A stretch of 64,000 nucleotides of DNA from Pristiophorus japonicus (lineage: Eukaryota). Both the position numbers and the translations under genes were made by a program. The notes under the pieces were generated by a model. It ran no database searches and was not told the DNA's origin. It saw nothing but the letters and a program-made list of their open reading frames with translations. The stretch spans positions 146,692,001 to 146,756,000 of the forward strand of contig NC_091984.1 in NCBI RefSeq assembly GCF_044704955.1, read 5' to 3'. How positions within the stretch are numbered: position 1 is the stretch's first letter; each line of letters starts with the position of its first letter. Shown one piece after another: positions 51,315-62,373 of the stretch.

Positions 51315-53630
51315 TTAGACTGGGCTGTCCTTCTGTTGTTTCTGGAATATTTTAAGATAACTCCGTGCTGTTCGGGCTCTTTTGGATCTGCAGGCATTGA
51401 TGATGAGATATAGGACAATGACCAGTTGTACAATCACCAGTGTGTGGGAGGCCATGCGAAGCCAAACCGGGATATCTACTCTCATATCCCATTCCCACCA
51501 TGCTGGTGACTGTATGTCCGCGATTTCGAGGGCTATGTCTTTGGTCTTTTGCTGTAGGGTGTAATAATGTTTTTGGCTGAGATCCACTGCCTTCAACAGG
51601 GCGGTGAGTTTCTCAGGTGGCAAGGGTATGGGGTACCCAAAATGGGCAACATAGTTCTGCAGATAACTCGCGTTATACTGTACCATGAGGTGGACCGTGG
51701 AGGGTTCTGGGATTGGGATGATCCTTTCCTGGGCCACTTGAACTTCTGCCCTAGGTTTAAAACAAAAACTGTTGTCCGGAATATCACACCATTTACTTGG
51801 GCCGTGTCTATACTGGTGGGCAGTCGTGGCGATACAACCCGCTCTGTGGCCTCCCGAAGGCGTTCAAGTGCTGGGGACACAGGATGACCTGTGCTCCCCG
51901 GCTACGGCAGCCAGATAGGTCTGTACCCATGATTGCGCGCTCCCACACAATGACATCGGGTGGGATCGTTGTGAAACGGACGTGTACCTCCCCCGCGAAT
52001 GACTCCAGTGTTCTCCACACGGTACATGGGTGCTGGCTTGGCGGATGGCCCCATCACTAGCATTCGCACAACGGCACCCATAATAGTGTGGTTAGATTTC
52101 CCACAGTCAACAGGGAAAGGATAGGCTTCCGACACCACGCGGAGTTGGCAGGGACTGAGGGTGCTGCTGTATGGGTGTAGTGCCTCCAGGTGCTGGTTGC
52201 TGATCCAGGACGGGACCCGACCTTGCCTAAGGTCTTCCAAATTGCTCCGTCCCTCTCCCAGCAACCAGGCCCCATAGAGTACACATACCTCGTTCTGTGC
52301 AGCCTGATCCGAGGCCAGCCGGTCCTCCTTGATCAAGGTGTTTATTGTCCGGGCGTGAGCCTCTAGCTGGGAAATAATTTCTTTCAGATGCACCGTCATA
52401 GCCACCCCCTCGTGAAGTGTGGAACCCAACACATTATTCTCTTTCCCGAGGATGCTGCGCAGCTGTGACTTTAACCCATTGATCTGTAGGGCCAGCTGCA
52501 CATCATTCGGCTGTTCATGACCGATGCCCCTGTGTTAAATCCGGTGAAAACGTCATTCATGACCCCCCTGCGTTGTCTGCCCCGCTCGGTTGTATCTTCT
52601 TGTCTATACAGGTCCGCCACATTGACATCCCCAAAGTCCAGCTCGTAGAAGCTCCTGAACATTTCCTTCAGGAGAGCTTGGTACAACAACTCGGTTTCTC
52701 TGGGGCAGAAGGCGGGTAGGCGAACTTCTGTCAGGTTTAGAATTACTGAAGCAACTGCATAGTGTACTCCCTGGTATACTAACTTATCTGTCGGTACTAA
52801 CACTAACCCATTCCCAGGTCCCCTAGTGGTGGGCGGACATCCATAACTGTCAATGGGCTTGGGCGTGGGCAGGGCTTTCTTCACCTGAGCCAGCAGCTCG
52901 GTGGCGTTGACTGGTACCCGGAAGTGAGGGAACACACAGTCTTCCCTGCTGCGATCCCATTCCATCCCCTTCCCCGAGTCCTTCCATCATCTGGCAAAGG
53001 CAATGGACAAACCCGCTGGGCATACCTGGGCCGACTCCCATAGGCATGTATAGATCCCCTAATCATAGGCCCACCATTTCTCCCAACACACAGTGACCCC
53101 CCCGGTGACCCCATGATTGCCCAGTAGGTGTCATTGCTCAGATGTTCCCAGTCTGAGCTGCTGTCCTCGATGTCCGCGCTCAGTTTCCTGAGCCACCACC
53201 AGCGTCCGAAAGGTATGTCCCCAACACACGTTAAACACACTCTCCTTCCCTCTGTCACCCTAACCTGGGACATGGCCATCTCGATTTCGGGGTAAGGGAT
53301 GGAGGCCTCCCCATAGGTAAAACTCTAGTGGCTCGAATACCGGGTGGAATTCGAACCCAACCACCCAGGCCATCTCCTTTGTGGAAGTAGGTGGCCTGGT
53401 CTTCTGCCTCCATGATCTCCTTCTCCTGTGGTCACGATTGGCACCCTGCCCCCGGAGCACCCGTATGTCAAAGACATCTCGATGTCGAGTTTCTGTCCGG
53501 TGCAGGTCCCCAGGTAGGTAAATAACATCGTAACAGTCCGGAGCAGCTTCTGGAACACAAGATTGAACACAGTCTTGCCTGAGACTTCTTCAGGCACGAC
53601 TGGAGTAACATCACAAAATAAAAACACCAT
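51315..53630 (-). pseudogene. env: env of retrovirus B: signal peptide, Ig-like domain, F2-like segment, furin site, F1-like subunit, TM
   Basis: RGRQRR|GVMNDVFTGFNTGASV, heptad LALQINGLKSQLRSIL, Cys-rich region, HRB, PAWW, TM. Contains stops, frameshifts and an ~100-bp deletion near 51838. Confidence 0.85.
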
Positions 53631-53882
53631 CCCCTCACTTTAAAATCTCCCTAAACTATATACAGAACACCGGGCTATATGCAATGCCACCCGTCTCCGG
53701 GTGGTCAGGTCAGTCTCTGATACTGACTTGGCTTTGTCGGCCATCTTGCTGACCTTGCTCCAGGAGCCGGACTGTCGCCTTTTGTAGGGCTTGCAGGAGG
53801 ACTTCTTTTAAATGTCCAGCTTCCATTTCTGTGAGCCCTTCGGTGTCTGGGATCTTTCCCGGGTCTTTTGGTGGTGTCCCTT

Positions 53883-56800
53883 TTACCGCACAGAGTCTAC
53901 CACTCTTGTGCTTCTTTTCTCGTTTGACTCTGGGATGGGCAGGAAAGGATACGGGGAACAAGGCATCCTAGGCTGCCCCACTCTGGAACTATGCCTAACC
54001 AGGGGCGCGTAGTCCCATGTTACGGGCTGCACCCCTTGGTCCTCCCACTGGTCTATCCCTTCCTCTATCTGCCCTGTCGTTATACTGCACAGGACTCCCT
54101 TCTCCTGTGCTAAGTCCCTTTCCTGCCTATCAGGCTGTGCCACTTCACTCTGCTGTGTGATGGTCCTACTGTGGCAGTGGACTATTCCGGGTTGTGGGGC
54201 TTCGGGTCCGGGGTTGACCTCTGTTACAGCCTCCACATCCACCGGAATGTCCTTTGCCTCCCGTGGGGTTTCTTTACCTGTGGGAGCCTTCCTTTCTCCT
54301 GCCCTAGTAGGGTTGAACCGCTTGCATTGGTTTATGTGGTACCACTTTACTCGGCGGGGTAATTGGACCACATAAACCATAGGGCTTGCCTTGTCCACGA
54401 TACTGTCGGGCCCCATGTACAGTGGCTCGAACACCCCCACCCTGGCGAAGTTGCGTACCATGACCTGGTCGCCTATTTCCCAGTCGTGGTGGCTCCAGGG
54501 TTCCAGCAGCAGCTTGTTACTAAAGTGTTGTCTTCCCATGTTGGTGGCTGCCTGCCAGTAAATCTACTGCAGCTGGTCCAGCAGATTCCTAGCCAAGCGG
54601 TCTCGGTTAGCTTCCTGAAGCTGTCCTTCGGTGAGACCCGGCACCAATGTGTGTACTGGGGTCCTCATGGGTCTCCCAGTCATCAGCTCGTGGGGTGAAT
54701 ACCCTGTGCTTTTCGACTGACTGGCCCGGATCCCCATAAGGACCAGTGGCAAGACCTCTACCCATCTGTTGGGTGAATTCCCTGTCTCCTTGCAGAGCCT
54801 TTTCTTGATGGTGCGCTTGAGATGTTCCACAGGGCCTGAGGACTGGGGGTTGTACACCACATGCCACTGTGCTTTAATCCCCAGTACCATTAAAGTGGCC
54901 TGCATCACCTGGCCGGTGAAGTGGCTTCCCTGGTCGGACCCCACAAACTGCGGCAGACCCCACCTTGAGAACACTTCCCTGACCGGGATCTTGGACGTCC
55001 CCAATGCAGTAGCTGTTCGGCAAGGGAAGGCTTCCACCCATTTGGAGAATACACCCAACAGCACTAGACAGTACTTGTACCCCCCACCCCGGGCAGTTGG
55101 TAGGGGCCCTATGTCGTCAATTTGGATCGACTGCCATGGTCCCTCTACCCGCTTGATGTGTCCCATGGATGCCTTTCTCTTCTGGGGGTCTGGGTTGTTG
55201 GCTGAACACACCAGACAGGCTGCGCAGAAATCACGGACGTTGTTCCGGAGATCTGGCCACCATGCTGCCTGTTCCACCTTCTGCCAGGTGGACTCTAGCC
55301 CGGGGTGTCCCGCACCTGGACCCTCATGGGCCAGTTGTAGGAACTCCCGCTGGTGTTGTGCTGGAACCATCCACTTATCCCCTTTAAACAGCATTCCTTC
55401 CTTGACAGCTATATCTGCGGCACTGTATGGGCTCTCTGCCTTTCCTCCACTTAGAATGGTTGCTATGGCAGCCTTGAGGACGGGGTCCGGGGCCACTGCC
55501 ACCCCTGCACTCCCTGTTTCCCTGGCTTGCCTCTAGCTGCTATCACCCTGCCTTTCTCATACGGGTCCCAGAAGTGACCTGTCTTGGCTCCTTCTCTGGC
55601 CAGGAGGTCCGCCCTCTGGTTACCCTCTGCCCTGGGCTCTGTCTTAGAATGTGCCTTAACCTTGTGGATGTAGACGTCCCTATTGTTCTCTCGGGCTGCC
55701 ACTATCCTTACTAGCAGGGGTTTGGTTACCAGGGGCTTCCCATCTGCGGATGTGTACCCCCTGCATGACCAAATATCCAGACACTCTGTACACGAATTGC
55801 AAGTAAACATACTGTCCGAACAAATCGTGTACGGTGTGGGGAATTCCTCGGGGTGTGTCACTATGTACATCACCACTGACGGTTCAGCCTGCTGGGTGCT
55901 CAGGGTGCTGGGGAGTTTAAGCACCAAGGCTATGCCTGCCTCAGGGTCCCAAACTCTGCAACCCGTGAGTCTTGTACCCGCGGACACCGAACTGGATCCA
56001 TCGACGTAGATCTCGTGGCCTGTGGGGTGTACCCCTGCCCAAAATCCAAAGTCGGTGTCCCAAACCCATTCTACTGAGCATCTGTGTGGCTCCCCTGCAT
56101 AAATGAGGTTAGCTGCGAGCCTGGGCTCGCAGAGGTCCCTGACCCTAATGGCCATTTGGGAGAGGAGGAGGGTCCAGCGAGTGATCCTGGCACTGCTGAC
56201 TGTTCCATCCTTTATTCTCCCATCTAACAACATCTGGGTCGGGGTGTGATGGGTGAGGAGTGTGATAGGGGATACTCCTGTGAAAACCTGTGCTCTTTTC
56301 ACAGCCCAGTGAGTGGCTAACAGATGCCTCTCACAGTTGGAGAACCCCTTATCCACCTCTGCAAAGACGCTAGAGGAGTACACCACTGGTCTCAGCTGTC
56401 CGTGCCTTTCCTGTAAAAGCACTGCACTCAGACTGTCCCCGCTGCCTGCTACTTCTAAATAGAAATCCTTTCCCCCATCAATAGCCCCCAGTGCAGGTGC
56501 CTTCTGCAGGTTCTGTTTCAACTGAAGAAATACAGCTTGGCAGCCTTGATCCCACTCCCACTCGACCCCTTTGTGTAGGAGCCTGAGTAGAGGGGCTGCG
56601 ATTGCTGCATAATCTTCTATGAAATCTCAACAGTAGCCTGTGATCCCTAAAAAAGATCTGACTCCGGATACGGTGGTCGGTACCTGGAGTTCCTGCATGG
56701 CTTGCCTTCGGGCCTCATCTGGACCTCGTTCCCCTGCTCTGAGTGTTAGACCCAGGAATTTTACTTCCTTTAACCCTATCTGGGCCTTCTTGGGGTTGAC

Positions 56801-57893
56801 CTTAAAACCCCCCTCCTTGAGCACAGCCAACAGTTCTGCCAGAAGGGGATCATGCTCTTTACTGTTGTCAGTGAAAAGGAGCAGGTCGTCCACATACTGC
56901 ACCAACTGTTGCGGCTGGCTGAAGCTCTTTAAACAGTTCGCCATGCACTGGTGGAAGATGCTGGGACTGTTGTGAAATCCCTGAGGGAGGCAGCTCCAAG
57001 TATATTGCTGTTCCTTAAAGGTGAAAGCAAACTTGTACTGGTCCTCTCTCCTCACAGGGATAGACCAGAAGCCATTTGAAATGTCCGGACTGTGAAGGTG
57101 GTTGCAGATGCAGGGATTTCCCTGATCAGGTCTGCCACTGCTGCCACTGTAGGAGCAGAAGCCGGGAGATTTCTGTTGAGCACCCGATAGTCCACGGTGG
57201 CCCTCCACGAGTTGTCCGGTTTTTTGACCGGCCACAGGGGAGAGTTCACGTGCATGGCTCTGGGTCTCAGCACAACCTGCTGCACCAGTGAGCTCAGTGA
57301 CATTTCCAAGTCGGCTTCTGCCTCTCTCGGGACGTTATACTGTCTCTGAGGTCAGGACATGGGATCCCCATCTATCCTGACCTTTACTCCGGTGACTCTC
57401 CCACAGTCGTGTTTGTGGTAGCAAATGCTGCGAGACTGGCTCGCACATAGGCCCTGTACTCTGCCAGGGTGTCCCTGACAAGCTCTAAGTCATAACCCCC
57501 TTTTAGCTTCACAGTACACAGAGCCCCTTTGTCTTGTATCCTTTCTATAAGCATGACCTTGTTGTTTGTACCTGGGTCCATTGTTCCCCATAAACAGTGA
57601 TTTCGCAAATCCAGCTGGATCTGGTGGGCTATAATGAAGTCGGCCCCCAATATACCTTTGTTAGCCTGCTCCCACCTTATCAGGACGCACTTCCATTTGG
57701 TGGTCAGTGCTCCCAATTTAAGGGTCAGTGGGATCGAAAAATACCCTGTTCTTTCGTTCCCCTTGAAGCCGACTAGCTCGTAGGGCACACCGCTGGACAG
57801 GGGCGAGGAGGCCGGGTCCTCTGTGTAGACCCACGGTCTTCCCCACGAGTCATAGTCCAGCGGACACAGGTAGGCAGGCTTGGTGAGTACTAG
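53883..57893 (-). pseudogene. pol: pol of retrovirus B: protease (active-site segment deleted), RT, tether RNase H, RNase H, integrase
   Basis: GILGADF; LPQGFHNSP..QYVDD; tether LLQERHGQLRPVVYSS; RNase H IYVDGSS..QQAE..SDS..KVKAH..GNQRAD; IN HHCC, IQIDDIGPL, SDQGSHF, SSGPVE, GPY/F-like tail. Confidence 0.92.
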
Positions 57894-59717
57894 TCATGGT
57901 TCCTGCCGTATGGGAGCTGTGGGGATCTCTTTACCCACCGCTACATTGATACGGCCGGGACCGGTCAGCAGCTGCCTGAGAGTTTCAAACACTGTTGTGG
58001 CACCCGCTTTCTCATTACCCGGTTTCACCTCCGTGGGTGTTTTTACTTCTTTCACGCGGTAGGGGTTGGCCCTGCAGTTGTTGCGGCAGTGGCCAGGCTT
58101 ACTGCACTCGTAACACTCCCCCCTTCTATCGGGAGGATGTCCACCCTCCTGATGCCACTCCCTCTTGGGGGTTTGGTTGGGTTGCACCACATGCACCCGG
58201 CCTTTTACTGTTTTCTCTGGCTTCCCCTCTTCCTCCCCATCCCCCGCCGTGTGGCAGCCAGTCTGCCTATCACGATGGCTTCGGTGAGATTGGGGTCTCC
58301 CGGGATGAACCAGAGATCTACCCTTTCCTTGACACTGGGCAGGCTGTTCGCAATTATGGTGCGAAACCATGCTTCCCTTTGTTCCGCTGTAAGGTTGTTT
58401 CTGACAAGCAGGCCACCACATGCTGTGCTGTAGACCAGCCATAACCTTTCCATGTATATCTGTGGGGCTTCTCCTGCTAACTGGCGTGTTTTCGCTATCC
58501 TTTCAAAGGGACTCCCTTCGTTCCACCCCATGGCCTCTAGGATAGCCCTTTGTAGTGCTGCGAGGATGCTTTATCCCTCGCGACAATCTGGGGGAAGAGC
58601 CTGGTAGATCTTCCCGTCAATGGAAAAAAGGAGCACTTTAACTGCTTCCGTATTATCACATGTGTTCATGTCCACTGCCTGCACTATCTCCAGGAAGTGA
58701 GCATATGGATCTCCCAGTCTAGTGAGCTTTGGGATATATGACACCATGGCCTTTAATGCAGCAACTGAATGCGGAATGATAAACTCGCTATCCAGCGGTC
58801 CTTGGGTTTGTGCACCTTGTGGGGGACCGTGCTTCCTCTGCACAGCCGGGCACATCAGTCCCGCGGCAGACACCACCACTGGCTCCCCCCTTTCTTCAGC
58901 CTCAACTGCCTCTGAATTTAAATCTGCAGACTCGACCCTTTCTGCGGGTGTCCCATACCCCTTTGGCTGGACCGGCTCTACCTGGCCGATCCCATACCCT
59001 GTGGGTTTCTTGGGCTGCACCCTCTGATCCTCCGTAAGGCCTGCCGGACACACTACCAGCGCCTCAGGAGGCGGTCGACTGTCCTCTGCTGCCGGATCCT
59101 CTTCCACTCCCCGATACCCTGTCTCGTTGGTTGCCTCCCTGGGCGCCAACAGACAGACTGTCCCCTTTACCTGGGACAGAACCTGGAGGAGGGATTGGAT
59201 CTGCTTATGGTAGGGTGCATGATTTGCCTTCTCATGGCTTATTTCGATGTTAACTTTTAGGCTGTGCGCAAATCCCTTAATTGGACCTGAAGCACGAGGA
59301 CCTGCTGGACATAAGCTGCACTCTGCTCCCTGTACTTCTGTTCCATAGCCCGTGACACCGTAAGCTGACTCTGCAGGTACTCCTGATGGTTGCGGAACGT
59401 TTCCTCTAACCGTGCCCTTCTATTCCTTTCCTCTATTAACTCTTCTGTGACCTTAGTACCCGCGGCCTCCCTGGCCACTGAGGTGATAACAGCATCCTTT
59501 AATTCCTCCTGTAATTTTCCTACCTGAAGGTCTAACTCCCGAACCTGCCTAGTTCAACATATCAGCCAAATTGCCTTTTCTACCCTTTTGTTATGTGTCG
59601 GCCCTTCTGTCCACTGGACTGCCGCGTCCACTGGACGTGGTGCCCTGGTCAGCTTCTGAACCCATGTTTTGGTAAAATTGACCTTGGAGAAAACATATTC
59701 CGTGATTCTCTCCTCCA
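57894..59717 (-). pseudogene. gag: gag of retrovirus B with N-terminal coiled coil and one CCHC knuckle
   Basis: Long E/R/Q heptad region 59257-59540, CA-like region RQLAGEAPQIYMERL, CYECSKPGHCRNNC. Confidence 0.85.
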
Positions 59718-62353
59718 GGAGGAGGCCATCTAGCCCCTCGAGCTTGCTCCGCCATTGAACAAGATCATGGCTGATCTGGCTGTGGACTCAGCTCCACTTA
59801 CCCGCCCGCTCCCCGTAACCCTTAATTCCCTTATTGGTTAAAAATCTATCTGTCTGTGATTTGAATATATTCAATGAGCTAGACTCAACTGCTTCCTTGG
59901 GCAGAGAATTCCACAGATTTACAACCATCTGGGAGAAGAAATTCCTCTGAACTCGGTTTTAAATTGGCTCCCCTGTATTTTGAGGCTGTTCCCCCTAGTT
60001 CTAGTCTCCCCGACCAGTGGAAACAACCTCTCTGCCTCTATCTTGTCTTACCCTTTCATCATTTTAAATGTTTCTATAAGATCCACCCCTCATCCTTCTG
60101 AACTCCAACGAGTAAAGACCCAGTCTACTTATAAGGTAATACATACCTTATGTATTGATAGTGATTGTCTCAAGGTCCTCCCTTCCTACATTCCTGTGAC
60201 CAGTCTATTATCATAACGTAACCCCCTCATCTCCGGAATCAGTCTTGTGAATCGTCTCTGTACCCGCTCCAAAGCTAGTATATCCTTCCTTAAGTAAGGT
60301 GACCAAAACTGCTCGCAGTACTCCAGGTGCAGCCTCACCAATACCTTATACAGTTGCAGCAGGACCTCCGTGCTTTTGTACTCCATCCCTCTCGCAATGA
60401 AGGCCAACATTCCATTCGCCTTCCTGATTACCTGCTGCACTTACAAAATACCTTTTTTGGGATTCACGCACAAGGAGCCCCAGGTCCCTCTGCACGGTAG
60501 CATGTTGTAATTTCTCCCCATTCAAATAATATTCCCTTTTACTGTGTTTTTTTTCCAAGGTGGATGACCTCACATTTTCCGACATTGTATTCCATCTGCC
60601 AAACCTTAGCCCATTCGCTTAACCTATCTAAATCTCTTTGCAGCCTCTCTGTGTCCTCTACACAACCCGCTTTCCCACTAATCTTTGTGTCATCTGCAAA
60701 TTTTGTTACACTACACTCTGTCCCCTCTTCCAGGTCATCTATGTATATTGTAAACAGTTGTGGTCCCAGCACCGATCCCTGTGGCACACCACTAACCACC
60801 GATTTCCAACCCGAAAAGGACCCATTTATCCCGACTCTCTGCTTTCTGTTCGCCAGCCAATTCTCTATCCATGCTAATACATTTCCTCTGACTCCGCGTA
60901 ACTTTATCTTCTACAATAACTTTTTGTGTGGCACCTTATCGAATGCCTTTTGGAAATCTAAATACACCACATCCTACACCTCTATCTACCATGCTCGTTA
61001 TATCCTCAAAGAATTCCAGTAAATGAGTTAAACATGATTTCCCCTTCATGAATTCATGTTGCCTCTGCTTGATTGCACTATTCCTATCTCGATGTCCCGC
61101 TATTTCTTCCTTAATGATAGCTTCAAGCATTTTCGCAACTACAGATGTGAAACTAACCAGCCTATAGTTACCTGCCTTTTGTCTGCCCCTTTTTTAAACA
61201 GAGGCGTTACATTAGCTGCTTTCCAATCTGCTGGTACCTCCCCAGAGTGCAGAGAATTTTGGTAGATTATTGCGAATGCATCTGCTGTAACTTCCACCAT
61301 CTCTTTTAATACCCTGGGATGCATTTCATCAGGACCAGGGGACTTGTCTACCTTGAGTCCCATTAGCCTGTCCAGCACTACCCACCTAGTGATAGTGATT
61401 ATCTCAAGGTCCTCCCTTCCCACATTCCTGTGACCAGCAATTTTTGGCATGGTTTTTGTGTCTTCCACTGTGAAGACCGAAGCAAAATAATTGTTTAAGG
61501 TCTCAGCCATTTCCACATTTCCCATTATTAAATCCCCCTTCTCATCTTCTAAGGGACCAACATTTACTTAATCACTCTTTTCCGTTTTATATATCTGTCA
61601 AAGCTTTTACTATCTGTTTTTATGTTTTGCGCAAGTTTACTTTCGTAATCTATCTTTCCTTTCTTTATTGCTTTCTGAGTCATTCTTTGCTGTCGTTTAA
61701 AATTTTCCCAATCTTCTAGTGTCCCACCAACCTTGGCCATCTTATACGCATTGGTTTTTAATTTGATGCTCTTCTTTATTTCCTTGGTTATCCACGGCTG
61801 GTTATCCCTTCTCTTACCGCCCTTCTTTTTCACTGGAATATATTTTTGTTGAGCACTATGAAAGAGCTTCTTATAGTCCTCCACTGTTCCTCAATTGTGC
61901 CACCGTTTAGTCTGTGTTTCCAGTCTATTTTAGCCAACTCTGCCCTCATCCCACTGTAGTCCCCTTTGTTTAAGCATAGTACGCTCACTTTGAGACACTA
62001 CTTCCTCAGCCTCAATCTGTATTACAAATTCAACCATACTGTGATCACTCATTCCGAGAGGATCTTTTACTCGGAGATCGTTTATTATTCCTGTCTCATT
62101 ACACAGGACCAGGTCTAAGATCGCTTGCTCACTTGTAGGTTCTGTAACATACTGTTCTAAGAAACAATCCCGTATGCATTCTATGAATTCCTCCTCAAGG
62201 CTACCCCGTGCGATTTGATTTGACCAATCAATATGTAGATTAAAATCCCCCATGATTACTGCCGTTTCTTTTTCACATGCCTCCATTATTCCCTTGATTA
62301 TTGCCTGCCCCACCGTGAAGTTATTATTTGGGGGCCTATAAACTACGCCCACC
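59718..62353 (-). mobile_element. CR1 LINE (5'-truncated, degenerate)
   Basis: GVVYRPP, MGDFN, KSPGPD, VPQGSVLGP, KFADD. Confidence 0.93.
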
Positions 62354-62373
62354 AGTCGAGTCCAGGGCCCGTT

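Larger units (their letters stand above)
49296..59717 (-). mobile_element. Long-LTR endogenous retrovirus B (lokiretrovirus/spuma-related by architecture): gag-pro-pol-env-3'LTR
   Basis: See component features. Inserted in the Harbinger Myb gene. Confidence 0.9.

Noticed and set aside
54769-55536. 255-aa plus-strand ORF and similar antisense ORFs over CR1/Gypsy/C exons
   Set aside because: Shadow frames opposite genuine coding sequence, with no independent motifs.
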